A DNA stretch of 64,000 nucleotides from Nitrospirales bacterium (GCA_965203295.1 CBDBCZ010000018.1:2208001-2272000); one strand, 5' to 3'. Positions 26,230-40,404 are shown, numbered from the stretch's first letter. Numbers and translations: made by a program. The notes: generated from the letters alone by a model not told the origin.

Positions 26230-29037
26230 TGATCTCAGCCCCGCCCACTAAGCGCATATAGAATCTGGCGCCGGTGTAAGGGCGATTTGGGGACCCCCGC
26301 GATATGGGGACCCCGTCCCAAAAACGCTAGCGATGTGAGGACCCCCACGGGCCCTATTTCGCTAGCGGTACGGGGATCCCGTACCGCTATGTATGTACAA
26401 TTCTCATTCTGTTATCAGCATCTCAGCTAGAGTTGCCAAACTACAGATCACCTGCTTAAAGGTTAGTAAAGTAATTACTCAGGTTCTCTTTTTGGCACTT
26501 GGTTGTGAAGTTGTTAAGATTAGCAAAGGCATGTCACTGATACCTGTCTTCCTCGTAGTCTCGCGAGCCAGCGAGGGGCTGGCTCACGAGACTATCTTCC
26601 TATACTAGTACTAATACTATGAACCAGATTCCTTAACCAGCATTAGATAGCAGTTATTGCTATGTTGATAGAAGGGCTTCCAAAGATCTAGGTTCCATGC
26701 TCTAAGGGAAAATTATTTACAAGCATAGACAGTAGAGTACTATAACCCATCATAACCAAGCAGTCTAAACGATAAGCCAGGTAGCATTTATATATTGATT
26801 GGAGTTCTCTTTCCACCAACCATGAATTTGGCGTCTCAAAACTTTCATTGTCAAAGGAATGCTGACTTTTTAACTGCTGTGCTGCTGTCTTCATCAGGGC
26901 AGACATCAATACAGTAGCTACAGGCCAAACCAAAAGCAAAGAATGCAAAGTCTTCGGGATTAGTCTAGCCTACTCAGCTCCTAGAAGGGAAGCCCTAGCC
27001 TCATACCTAGGCCTTCCCTGCACTCGCGAAAGTGCGGGGAAGGCCTGGGTACAAGGCTAGTTATGCCCAGTATTCTTATTTATTCTCAAATAGATTTGGT
27101 ATTCAGAAACAGGAGTACCTTTTCCTTCTCTTCAACTGCGAACTGGATGGTGGGATGTATACCATTGAGTAGTCTCGGTACCAGCCCACCTATCAAGTCG
27201 GAGATCGCTTACAGTATCCCGCCACTAAGCGATCTCCGACTTGATAGGTGGGCTGGTACCGAGACTAACCATTGAGATGGTAGTAAATGTTTTGTAGCAT
27301 TATAGCACACTGAATAATAAAAGTTTTAAAGAAATCATTTAAAAATGAAAGAGCATGTAGGGATGGAATCGCAAAAAAGTAACCAAACAAGGTAGCAATG
27401 ACACAACAGAGCTTGATTCTACACCCCCATCCCTAACCCTGCATGAATACAATTAGTGCCTGGCATGCCCGTATTTTACTTCTGAACTCTTGTGTCCAAG
27501 TGACAGGTAACAACATACATAGAAAGCATTCACATACAGCATTCAACTACAGCAATAAAAGAACATAGGTAAAACAATATCACTTATCAGATGATAAGGG
27601 CACATGTATCTGACATGTTCATTTCACTTCCAACCTACACAGAAATAATCAAATGTGTTACTATATATACACAATATGTTATAGCTAAACCATCCCCTAG
27701 ACACTTTTACCAGTAATCAGGAGACTGTTCCAGGTAAACCAGCAATACATGAGACACTTTTAGTAATGGTCCCAAGGCTCATGGCATGAGTTACGAGAAT
27801 GTTCTAAGTTACAATGAATGTACATATTGCTACACTAGACGAAGTTAAGTGTTTCAGCAAATTACAAATTCTGTCCATAGTGGCTATCTTGCCATAATAC
27901 ATGTCTGTACTATTTTCCGACCATAAGCAACACTTAATTCTACTCATGTGACCTTCAACAGATCAGAAGTATCAAAATCGATCACATGAGTGTGCATTAA
28001 ATTGCTTAGTTCACACATACGTAGTAGCTAATGTAGTATGGTTTGTACACTCTCCCAGAAGCTTCTGAAATAGTTTTCCACAAAAAAAGAAACAAAATAT
28101 AGCTGTCCTGGGCAAAGTCCACGACAACTATAACTTAGTACCAGCTGGGATGCACTTCATGTTTATCTGGGTGGTAAAAACTACAAATAGTGCTCCCAGA
28201 ATAGATCGGTTTAATATTATATACACAAACATAGCACAACCTACCAACTAGCATAAGTCTTTCAGACTCAAGTAGTTCCGGGGAATCTTTCAGCCTGCAT
28301 GTACATGTAGATGAACGGCACTGACTTTATTTTATGCACGTCTAGCATAGCAGTTACGGCTGTGCACGGTTTACACTTACAGTATCGTGCAATCATGGTT
28401 TATTAGTGGACGTCACATCCGTTACACACGCACAGGCGCACACAGAACCAAATGTAAAGTATAGATGCATACCTCATTCTGGAGCTACTGTGCTACACTG
28501 ACCGTATTCTCTGTCGGCATCTATAGTTTGCTTCTTATATGACATAATTTAGACACACTTCCAAGTTAAAATTCCCACTATCAGATTGTGTACATGTTGT
28601 CATTAAATAAGTTACCTTCGCAGAAGTGAAATGCTGTTTTCATTTACTGCTTCTCCATCAGATAACACAGTTGACTTTTGCGGTGATTGTACTGTCAGAG
28701 GCAGAAGAATGAATGACTGTGCACGACTCCTACAGTGGGAATCAATGGTTGTACACTGCACTACTATGTATTCCAGCAACCCCAGCAAGCTTCCTCTGTA
28801 GTTACTACTACATGGTGATCTTTATCAAGGCAGTTACTACAAAAGCACTATTGTGTATCAACTGCCTGATGTACAGGCACCCCAAAATCAGAGCAACAAT
28901 CTAGGATAAAAAGGTGTAATTTCTTACCCTAACATGCAATGTTTGCAGGAAGAACTTAAGACTAGAAAAAACTAAGCACACGATATGTAATTCTAGATAA
29001 CATGTAGATTAAGCTAAAAACAATATATTATACCTAC

Positions 29038-29069
29038 CATATGAGGTGCACTGATAGTTGCATGATAAC
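29038..29069 (-). pseudogene. PCMT1: Orphan duplicate of the PCMT1 32-bp exon (GYHATISAPHM)
   Basis: Identical to 17035-17066; the duplication breakpoint at 29096 removes the upstream exon. Confidence 0.85.
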
Positions 29070-29815
29070 CTAATGAAAAAAAACATGAGCATTATGTAGC
29101 CTCGAACCCAGCCGTCTCTGGCAATGGTCAAGAGATTGTTATATTAATAGTTTTGCGGGTAGTGCCACATACGTAAAAGTAGCAGATCTTCAATTAATTA
29201 ATATTGTTCTTGCACTATGAACATACAAGCATCCATGTCAAATGCCGAAGTCACAAGTGAATGCACACACCTACATAGCTATAGGATGCACTCTTAATAG
29301 CCTGTCTGCTTGTGTATCTGTACTTTTCTTGTGCATTAAGTACATCATTGCATAGCGAGTACAATAGAAGCTACTGAAAGTTTGTAGGCCAATTAGCTAC
29401 ATCAGCTTAGTTTCCTAGATAGTGAAGAAGATTTGGAAGCCCACCATGAGTTAGCAGTTCCACTAAATTTAGTTGAGACAGCCTAACAAAACACTTCCGT
29501 TTACGGCAACATACATTTGCAAGTTGACTGTCCATAGGAGAAGGCAAATACGTTTGCAAGTTGGCTGTCCACAGGAGAAGGTAAATAGGCAGTGGCTCTC
29601 AAATATTTAACTAGGTTAGGCTGTCGGAATCAAAGGCTAACAGTTACTGCGTACACATACACTGGGAACAGTTCACCTGCCATAGGAAAGTGATGAGCAG
29701 GAGGTAGTTCGTGACCCACCGAGGGATTAGGGGTTTGGGCCTGCATGAGGAAAAAAGCATGGAAGATTTACATCTGATTCACAGAGTGCCTCTATCACTG
29801 TACCTACACACGCAG

Positions 29816-29890
29816 TGTGTGTGGTATGTGTGTGTGTGTGTGTGTGTGTGTGAGTGTGTGTGTGTGTGTGAGTGTGTGTGTGTGTGTGTG
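29816..29890. repeat. (TG)n microsatellite
   Basis: Interrupted TG run seen directly. Confidence 0.95.
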
Positions 29891-32800
29891 CATGCTATGT
29901 ACAATCCTCCACACCATTGACGATTGGTGTGCTGATATGACAAGCAATCACAGATTTGTATAGTAAATCTAGATATCTGCAGCTGGTTGGTATTTTCTTT
30001 CTACTTTTCTAGTAGTCGCATTCCCAGACAGACCTAAAATCTTGTTTTAGGAAGGGCGAGGGTACATACATGAGCATGTATGTATGTATAATATGCAAAC
30101 TTAACAAGTACGTGCACACCTACATTGTTAAGTATATGTGTAAAGTAGGCATCTAATCTGAAATGATACTTACAAAGGCTTCAAAGCTGTTTCTCAGTAG
30201 GGTTCCTGAACTAAACATGGGCTTAACTCCCTTCAAGAATAGTATGGGGAAGGCAAGAGTAACAATTCCCCACCCTCAAGAGAGTTATAAGAAGGTGTAA
30301 TTTCCATATAGGCCTGTGGTGTAGATAAGCATGCGGCGAGCTCAGTCAGGCTCACCCTGATGTTGTGTTAGCCTCGAATCCTGGGTTTGAGGCTGCATGA
30401 TGTCGTATGGCAGTCATCTCGAATATGTATTACATACATGTAGCTAAGTATTTGCTAAAAGAGAGTCTTTTCATTGTCTTATAATCTTCCAATTATGTGG
30501 TTAAGCCTAACAAGAATGATGTCTACTTACGTATGTGTAGGATTTCAATAGTTTCCTGGTCTCCCAACATTAGAGGGTTTGGTGGAGCAATTTTTTCTGG
30601 CTGCTAACGTACTACGGGTCTTCCACTGTCACACAATATTGGGGTAGTATACTAGCAGTAGGGGAGCCTGGTCAAAGTTATCTATCATGTACACATTGAC
30701 GTTCGATATGAGATCCTAAATGCATGGTCTGTGTGAGGTGTGCTATTGCTCTAAAACTGTACAATGGTGGACCAGCAAAGAGCTAGTTGAGTTTGCTGGT
30801 GTTTTCTTGTCAGCTGAGATCGTGCTTTAATTTATGTTTTCAAGTGAGTGTATAGGCTTTGAAGTGGACTCTACTGGCCACCCATTCCAGCAAACAGACG
30901 TATCTACAGTCTGGTGTCAACACTCTCGGTGTCAAGTGTCATTGCTTGAATTAATACTGACCAGCTGCAGGTTCTCCCTCTCATAACATATAGTATACTG
31001 CATAGCAGGAAATTTTCACCAGCAAATTTTTACCAAAGCCAGCAGTATATAAATTTGCCTGATTAGTAAATGTATTTGTGTAGGCCTACAGATTGGGTGA
31101 AACTAAATTCCTGGACTAAAGCATTTACCCCTTTCGAACACTCATGTGCGAGCATGAAAGTCGAGCAGCTGCAGCATCCCCTCTTGATTCCTCCAAGCTT
31201 TCTCTCTCTTATCACTACAGAGGGAATGCTGTTTTATGTGACATTCAATGTAATATCGTATGGTGCCAAATTTGTGCAGTTTGGTCATTAAGCATTTCAC
31301 AAAAATAAAGTGCTATGTACATGTACGTACAATTTCTCTATCAAAAATATCTGTACAATTAGATCTATACGACACCATTTCTTTATGGTTCAACAGGTGT
31401 GGTAGGAATTAAATTTGGCGGCATGGTCACTGGCCAAACCACCAAATTTTCTGGCTATAATATTATGGTATTCATTGAGAGTATATAGACAAACTTACTG
31501 TCTCCTCTTCCTGGTCTTGACTCCTGATAGAAAAGAGTAAACTTCAATTATGTACTTACAGCATACCTACAAGTGTACACTACATAATAATTATCCTGCA
31601 CTCAAGGTCAAAATCCATGTTTAAATGATAGCCAGAAACAAAGTAACATTGACTACACACCTCTACCACCATTGTCATACATACAGTTTGGATATCTGTA
31701 GTGGCTATTACATCCAGCATCTAAGCAAAGCATTCATCTAGATATTACACTTATACATATGCATGATTACAGGTGTATACATAGCCGTGAGAGTAGCACG
31801 GTAGCAAACCTCTTACCCGTAGCTTTAGCCACACATCAAGGTAGGATGCCAGTCCTTTGGCATCATCTGCATTATCACCTTGAGAGCAAAATGCTATGAG
31901 AGTCACCAGACCAAGTCCTACTGCAGAGCTGTAGAGAGATATTAAGATATACATGTACTCTATATTCTGTCGATACGATCAGCACCTAAAGCCCTTTCCA
32001 ATTCTAAACTATGGATATATACACAAGTAGCTAAATAGATTTATTCTTCATGTTTTCAAAATTCAGTACACAGTTTGGTGACTGATTCAGAGCTCAAAAT
32101 AGCAGCTGGCCACAGGCCATTTCCTGTGCAATTTTCTACAAAGGCCGCCCAAAAATTTGACCATAATTGTATGAAATTGTACAGATGGCCAATCAAAATT
32201 TCAGCATGGCCAGCCAAACCCAAAGCCTTATTTTTAGCCCCGATGGCTGCCTCACAACAACTGTGGGGGCCATTTTGCCACGTCTGGGTGGTAATGCATC
32301 ATACATCTGCACCTCTTCTTGCCCACATCACTTGCACCTGCATTGCTGCTCGCATGTCATGTTTACACTTGGCAGTGTGGTTAGGTTATTTACAAAATCA
32401 TTGACCAACTTCCTTTCTTAATGCACTTGTAGCGCTTTACTGTTTACATAGAAATTGCTCAAAAGTGCATAATGACATCAAAAAGTGGATTCCTTTCTGC
32501 TTCTCTATGCCATTATGTGCTCCAGAACTGATGCATACATTCCCAGGCTACATGTGGACAGTAACCACGGCAATAAGGTGCCTACCTCACAGAATAGAGC
32601 TTCTTTGCCAGTCCAGCCCCTGGAAGGAAGATCTGAGACTCCTCCAGGGTCGTAGCAGGTGGACTGGTTGTAGTATCAGATTCGGCTGTAGATGAGAAGG
32701 AAGCACATGTAATAAGCTAATGATAGTATCACATTATTAACAGTGGTTCCAGTCATTAATCAGGGGGTGTTCAAGTCAACCATGCTTCGATCATAACGTT

Positions 32801-35067
32801 TCCAGCAAGTACACTGTAAGTCAGAGTATGAGCTACGTACAGTGCACCAACTCTGTAGGGATCTTTGGGAAGCTCTACTGCTCAGCATCACACTAAAACT
32901 CCACCCCTTTCACTCAGATACTCCCAGAAGAATTCTTTGGTGCCATTGCTAGTACGCACATCTAAACAATACCATTCCCCGCTTACATGAGCACTCTCCT
33001 AATTAAACAACAGGCTATATTGTTAGAGTTCCATATTTACGTTACCTGCTATGCCATTGGCAAGTGTATGTCAAATTTCTTCATTTAATTTTGGGTCAGT
33101 CTGTAGCACGTACCACACTAAAGCCCAGCATTACTAATTTACCACATACATTGTGTCCTTGGCTCAAGGCCACTCCAGTGCAGCGACTCAGTGAAGTGAG
33201 GGTAGAGCTTCACAGAGTGTGGGTTCAGCAGAAACTGGAACTGAGGGCTGCAGAACATAATATTGTATCATGTACTACAATAACTTCTTCACAAGCAGCA
33301 CATTTTATAATACGTATGTGCCTCCATACATTTAACTTCAATGTTTTATTACAGTGCAACTGTAGAGGATAATGAGTGCAAGGGTTCCATGTAGGTTGGA
33401 CATATTCAACAAATACATTCCTACATGTGTGTGTATACTTTAGACTTGATGACTGTCACCGCACAGAGTGGTGACTCCATCTGGTCATGCCAACACCACA
33501 CTAGCTCAATTATACATTGACTACTGTGCAGAAACTTTCCTACACAGTATACAGAGTACAAAAACTCTGCTCATGATCATGAACCTACAGGAATGTGACA
33601 GTTTTGAGATACGCAAGTCTGGTTGCAGATCTGACTACGGAAGCGGCACGCGAGAACAGGGACGATACTCAGATTCCTACCCTCTGATCTGTGAGTCCCT
33701 CCTCTCGTGGGCCTGGGAGCTCGTCAGCACCACCACCTCAGAAAAGCGGCTTTCCTTCACCCACTGCAACAGGCGGGATCAGAACTGCTGCTGGAAACCC
33801 TGGGGGAAGGAAGACTGACATCATCTCCAGCTCCACTGCAACGTTCTCTACATCACATGATCTGCTACCAGCTTACATGTAGTTCTGTGTCAGCAAGGAG
33901 GTTACCACCCTTATTGCTCGAGTAAGCTGCCACTCACTTCAAAATTTATGGTATGGGTGTTCATCGGATAAAGCAAGAATGGTTTAATACCTAGGGTGTC
34001 TCGTACAATCCAAATAAACACTCCACCAATCCTTATAGGTTTTATTCCAAACAGCATTGTCATCTTGGGGGAAAGATAACTTATCACCGCTAGCAATTTG
34101 AAATGAACGTACAGAAATGGGAGGGAACATTTGAACCACCCTAACCATCCTTGCTCTATTCGCTAAACATATACATGCACTGTGCATTAATGTGAGTGGC
34201 AGTTTGCCTGTGCAATAAAGGGGAGAGGTGGGGGAAACATCCTGGAGACATGGTTATTAAGCTAGTCACATGATGTAGAGTATACATCATTGTTCACCAC
34301 ATTGTACAGCAAGACTTGTCCACAGCCTCAGAAAGACTATAAAGATGTCAGGTAGCAAAACTCAGTCAATGTTGAACAATGCTGCTTATACATAATACAG
34401 TTGCTGACGACAACCGTACCTTTGCAATTGGAGCTCTTATCTGCACAACAGTGACCTTCAACTCAGAACTACTGTAAACTGGAGAAAGAGAAGTGTCATA
34501 CCTGTAAGCAACCTATGTAGGTGGTCTTGGAGTACACCACTACTCTCTGCACTGGTAGGCGCAGTGCATGCATGTATTCCCACCTCTCCTGCTCCACTGC
34601 AATCACATCTTACAAGGTACTCAGTACAGCATATACAATGCAAACTTTCACAGATTATTCCTAGTCCTATGTTATCTTTTTTCCATTTACTAACTTGACT
34701 GCACTTCAACACTGTCATGCAGTGGTTAGCTCTAAAGCTGCAATGGCCTATATCAGAGGAGGTTGGAAGTAATCAATTATCAAATGATGTACATGTACTG
34801 CAAATGTTTCTGGCAGAGAGGAGCAATAATAGCTGCTCTGCGAGTGATCTTGGCAGACTTGAGCAATACTACGCTGTAGCCTCATGAAGTACTTTGCAAA
34901 TTCACTGAGAATCCACTGCATTCAAGCCCAATCTTCTACAGCACAGCTCCATACTTGCAAGCCAAGGGAGCTTCCCCACCCATCCTTCGGAGGTTGTAGA
35001 GTTACAAAGGTTCTTTAGGCCAGATGCCGTATACCTCCAAAAGTGTACCTTTCCGGAATACTAACTA

Positions 35068-35256
35068 CCATAGGACCAGTTTTAATTGCGTAGTAAATCA
35101 TTGCATTTCTGGATTTTGAAGGTAAGTTGCGTATTTAATAATGGTGGTATTGCATACACGTATTATGTGTATGTGTAATGCACAACACATTATTAGGTTC
35201 TAATGTTTGCGTCTTCAATGCAACGCTTGCAATTTGAATTAAAACCGGTCCTGTGG
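35068..35256. mobile_element. TA-flanked MITE in a PSMG2 intron
   Basis: TIRs CCATAGGACCAGTTTTAATT / AATTAAAACCGGTCCTGTGG, with TA on both sides. Confidence 0.75.
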
Positions 35257-36039
35257 TATACGTGACATCATGCGATACTGATATATGTAATTCCAGCACA
35301 GAGGATGCAATCAGCTCCCTAAATTTTCTCATGCTAGAAACACTGCTAAATATTGTTCAAAAAAATGGTTGTTAACTGCAACAAAGCCCACTACTTCCAA
35401 GCCATAACTGACCTTCAGCTGCAGTGTGCAGGTGTCCAGACTGAGGGGTGCGGTCAAAGGCATTGTTCCCCACCAGTGGCAGCAGGCTGGGGTCGTGGAT
35501 GTAGCCCACTCGCCCCAGCCTCAGGGAGTTGATGAGGAGGTCCACCACCAACTGGCCAACATTGCCAACTGAGATGCACGGCTGTGTGTGTTTATGTGTG
35601 TGGTGTTTCAGGCAGTAGGAGTAAACCACCTCTGCTACATTCTATATAGGCTAGAAGCCCTCGCTTCTCTTGTTGTTGAGAAATATTATAAGCAGAATGA
35701 GTAGAGGGGCTATCAGTGAGTTGTCACTACAAGTTGTAGTTATCCTAGTTGGGCGAAGCCCAGGATAACTATTTTTTCATGTAAAAAAAATAATTCATTT
35801 CAAGCAGCATATGGACAAAAGTTGTAATGGCTTCCAATTCTGATTAAGAGTCCATTCCTTCAGTGTTCATACTTCAGTTTTTATTGATAGCTTATAGCTC
35901 TAAAGCTAGTGGCTAGCTGTATTGGGGTCTATTGGAGAGGCAGCAGGAACGCTGCTTTGAGATAGGTTTGGATAGGCAGTTCTGAGAATGTTGTAACTCT
36001 ACAACAGTGCATGACAACACTTTTATCCAGCACACTATA

Positions 36040-36093
36040 CTACTAATTAGTATGGGACTACTAATTAGTATGGGACTACTAATTAGTATGGGA
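36040..36093. repeat. 18-bp tandem repeat x3
   Basis: TACTAATTAGTATGGGAC repeated three times. Confidence 0.9.
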
Positions 36094-36856
36094 CAATGTC
36101 AAGGGTGTTGGTTTTCATTAGGGGAATATAGAATACACTTCTATTTCAATAGTTACATGTACGCAGCATACCGTATTTGTTCTAATTACAGAACCGCCCT
36201 AATAGAAGCACAGAATGTGGTTTTTAATTAGACTTCTTGCCACTTGGATGAGATTCTTATTATAAAAAAAGACCAATTTGTATTCAGGCATATATAAATG
36301 GATGTTCTGTAATCCCTTGAACTATCGCAGACAACGGTAACCACTTCGAAAGACTGTGAGAGGGTTCTGTGATACAACCCACCCACATGCCAGTTGAGGA
36401 AGTGCTCATGTGAGCCTACACAACTGTACTATCTGGCGTTCTAAAGAGTGGTGGATTCGAGTCAACCATAGCAGACAAACCACGAAAAATTGTACTCACA
36501 TGAGAACCACACTTACCACAATCAGTGTGTAGGAATCAAAAGAGACTGAGGAACTGGCAGAACTGCAGACAAACATCTTGCTTAATTTTCTGCTGACCGT
36601 AATATGCCTCGCACCAGGCCTATTACTGAGCTTGCATGAGATCAGGACGCTCTCAACGCCCCCTCACAATTACGTAAGCTCATATTTGCGAGTACCTCTA
36701 TACCTGTACACTGGGTCACACATCTTGGCGAGTCTGAGTTGCATGCACCGATCGCTGACGCACCAGGACCGGTGTTTGTCGTCATTGGCCGGTGAGTGAG
36801 AGGCTTAAGTGACGGGCCGCAGACCTATCCCAGCCTAGTCTAGCCCTTGCAAATTA

Positions 36857-36978
36857 TAGTCTCGGTACCAGCCCACCTATCAAGTCGGAGATCGCTTACA
36901 GTGTAAGCGATCTCCGACTTGATAGGTGGGCTACTGTAAGCGATCTCCGACTTGATAGGTGGGCTGGTACCGAGACTA
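36857..36978. mobile_element. Palindromic MITE of the 15172 family, independent insertion with internal arm duplication
   Basis: Same arms as 15172-15269 but a different perfect 9-bp TSD, TGCAAATTA (36848-36856 and 36979-36987). Confidence 0.9.
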
Positions 36979-38181
36979 TGCAAATTATTGGTCACTTAAA
37001 TTTTGTGGATGCACTAAATATCTAGCCTCGCTCCCAGGCTCTCCAAAGCTGTGCGGAGGCCTGGGAACGAAGCTAATAAATATCTACTTGTATATATTCT
37101 GCAGTTTTTTATAACAGTGTAGATGTTTCAGTACTACACTAGATCTACAACCCGAAATACAAACTGCTAGTTGGATTTCCAGAAGGTTATTAACATTGTT
37201 GGATGTTTGTGCGTAATACAAACTTCCAAAAAATTCTTTGCAACCTGCTACCCACAGATGATTGCTACACTGGAGGCAGGGATGATCCCAACCCTAAACT
37301 GGCCCTAACCTATTCCTAATCCTAAGCCTGATCGTGTTCTTCAGTTATCAAAAAGCTCGAATTAGTTCAGCAGTGATAACAAGCACTCTTGAGTGGACGC
37401 TTGCCATTCACATGCCATTGTATGGTAGGCTACACATACGCAGACTGCTTGTCACCACGTGTTCGTTTATTTAACGCCTACCTTTGATCGTGAAGACTGC
37501 TTGGGCCTGTGCTAGATAGGCCTTGGCATATAATGCTCAAATTTTAAATAATAATTACTGCTCATTAGATTAGCCAATTGTGCTCAGATTTAAGCTCAGT
37601 CAAATGAATAAAATGACTTACAACACAAAACAAATAACACATCACAATAACACCAAAAACCACTGCGTCGGGAAACTTCGGGTGCTGCTGTTCACTATCA
37701 CTGCCACAGCGACTGTAATCTCAAATCACAGTGCAGTGTGTGTACGGAGACCATTCTCCCTACATCTCTGATTACCCAGGATGGTCTCTGTAAATGCACT
37801 GCACTGTAATTTGTAGCTACTCTGCATACGTATAATGCAGTGGGCTGTGATGTGTAGGTAGTCTATGAACGTATTTCGGTGCAAGTTATATAGCTTGTTT
37901 CCTTTGTTTTTGTGGTAGTGCATCCCTACATGAATGGTTTTTGCACTTTTCTGCTTTTTTGTAACTTTATATTTAGAGACCTGCAGTTTTTCCTTAGTGA
38001 CTATGGTTTTTAACAGGTCTTATCCCACATTACATCATCTCTAATACATTTTATTGGACGGGAGCAGTATAATATATAGGCGCATATCCTACAGTTCTGT
38101 ACTTCCTTAGTTACATATTAGAAAAATAACCTCAAGCTATTTCACGATAGTTACACACATGCGCAGTAGTAGGATAAGTCA

Positions 38182-38320
38182 GATAGACCACGCCCCAGCG
38201 GAGGATATGCGCCCAAAATATCCTCCTTGGATACGGTTTTATCCCTCGGCTGCGCCTCGGGTAAAACTGCATCTGCGGAGGATATATAGGCGCATATCCT
38301 CCGCTGGGGCGTGGTCTATC
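38182..38320. mobile_element. Foldback element with central CCTCGGCTGCGCCTCGG core
   Basis: Long inverted arms GATAGACCACGCCCCAGCGGAGGATATGCGCC / GGCGCATATCCTCCGCTGGGGCGTGGTCTATC; core at 38244-38260. Confidence 0.7.
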
Positions 38321-40148
38321 CTATACATAAACGTTTTTGCTGAATTATTAATTAGGCTGCCATTGTGCTGAATTTATAACTGCACAACTTTATTTGTACT
38401 GTACAATCAAGGATGGACAAACTGACTCCATTCTCTACACTGCTGCTCTAAGTCGACAAATTATGCTAGCACAATGAGAATAATAGGTACTCAATAGCAT
38501 TACATAGTTATGCTGGAGTAATTGGTATATTTTTTCAGAACTGTGAGAATAATAGGCTATAAGTTAGCTTACCTATGAAAATATGTAACTCACATCCGGT
38601 CTCTAACCTTATCTTAGCTAGTTAGTTTTAGTGCTGAGATCGAGACAAATAATGCTGCTATATTATGCCTATCAGGCTCCTCATTCCCACGTACCTCCCC
38701 ACTCTAACAGCTATCACACAGGCACATCCATTCAGTCAACCACTTTCTAGTCATACTTTGTGTAAGAGACCCAAAACTTTGCATGCCTGCCTGGAGAACT
38801 GATTTTTGGTTCTATGTACATGTACCTCCACCTCTTGTGTGAACCAGATTTAACTCTTAATCAGCCAAGTTTTTCAGACTTTCAGTGATATAGCTCAATG
38901 TGAATTTATACGTATTTTTTATATTAGGCGTTTTTATAAAATCAATAAAGTACATGCTTTTTATAAAATATGGGCACCTGAGAAAGAGTTAAAACCGTCC
39001 ATTAAATCAAGACTGCATTTGATCCAATTCAGCACTTTAGCAAAGACTACTTTTTGAATGCAAAAAAAGTTTGAATGTCATCTTAATACTGCATAATTGC
39101 CAATTTGCTTCAATGGAGGAACTTACATTAATGCCAAAGACTGGCAAGCTGCCAAGAAATCTTGCTGTGAAGCAAATCTGAGCAACAGCCATTAATTTGC
39201 CATTATGCATTAAGCAATTCACCATCCCTCTAAAACCTTAGCTACATGTAGTTATCAACCTATGGGAATATCTTACTTAATTCTCAAGAGTGTCAAGTAC
39301 TTACGTACCTAGTGTTAGGGTTTATTGTTGCTGCACAGAGTGAGTGCATTGTGCAGGGAGGGCCTGATGGGAATGAGGCTAACTGTGGCACCAAGTGCTT
39401 CTTTGATTATTATGTATGTATGCTGCTAGTAGCACAGTAAAGCACAGATCAAGAGTTCAGCAAGTGGCATTTGTGGGGGTGACCCGTTTCACCTATGTAT
39501 GCCACAAGCAGCACAATGAACAGCTGACTGACTAATTTAGGACTTACTCATACACCCCAGGCAGTTAGATTTGCACCCTGAATAATGTCAGGTAGCATTA
39601 ACAACACTGATTTAGGTTAATTAATGAACCCTTGATGTCCTGACTGAAAATGTTTGTCACTTGATTCATCACCTGATTCATTATACCTGGTGATGCTGTA
39701 AAAGGGGAAACCCCCTGCAATGCACAGCAGCCTCATTTGTTGTGAGAGAAATGCTAGTGGTCTTAGATAAGTGGTCCCATCTTGAGTGTAAGAAACAATT
39801 AGGGACGTGTATTTTGTCTATGCTCTTTATCCTTGCCCTGGACACTGCTAGCATTCATACTATTTTAATGGTTAGGTTATAGAAGCCTTGTAGCCTTTGG
39901 GTCTATTGTATCTATATAGCTGGGAAGCTGACTCTGTGCTGCTGTGGTGCTTCATTGATGATTAGCCTGTAATGTCTTGAGCGGAGTCTCTTTCATAATT
40001 AACAGACAGCACATTGGCTTTCTTTACCTCAATCTGTTCTACTGTGCGACTTGCCATTGTTGGACTGTGAAATAATGCTTCTTTATGTGTTTGTGGGATA
40101 ATTGGTAAAAGATATGTATACATGTATACCATAGGCTGAGGAAGCTTT

Positions 40149-40234
<86 letters not shown>

Positions 40235-40404
40235 TGAAGGTGGGGGGGGTGGAAGGCTGCTACAAAGCTATCTGGCTTCTGCAGTGCCACCTGTGTGTGT
40301 GATGTAATGAATTAATGAAACGGCAAGGGTGTTGAATTTGTGTGGAACTGCCCCCCCCCCCCTCCCCCCGCTCAACTGACGAGCTTCTTCCTTGTCCACC
40401 ACAG

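Larger units (their letters stand above)
31499..36576 (-). pseudogene. PSMG2: Proteasome assembly chaperone 2, spliced gene with one in-frame TGA and no detectable terminal exon
   Basis: Exons (all GT-AG, phases consistent): 36576-36517 MFVCSSASSSVSFDSYTLIV; 35581-35413 PCISVGNVGQLVVDLLI..; 34478-34420 VYSSSELKVTVVQIRAPIAK; 33799-33681 GFQQQF*SRLLQWVKE..; 33247-33150; 32685-32586 ..IFLPGAGLAKKLY; 31928-31817 ..FCSQGDNADDAKGLASYLDVWL; 31523-31499. The conserved C-terminal WxxPxSW exon was not found. Confidence 0.9.

Noticed and set aside
31070..31291. Candidate last exon of PSMG2
   Set aside because: Lies inside the TIR element at ~30998-31460 and lacks the WxxPxSW motif.
33468..33925. Plus-strand ORFs of 116, 63 and 72 aa
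   Set aside because: Antisense shadows of PSMG2 exon 4.
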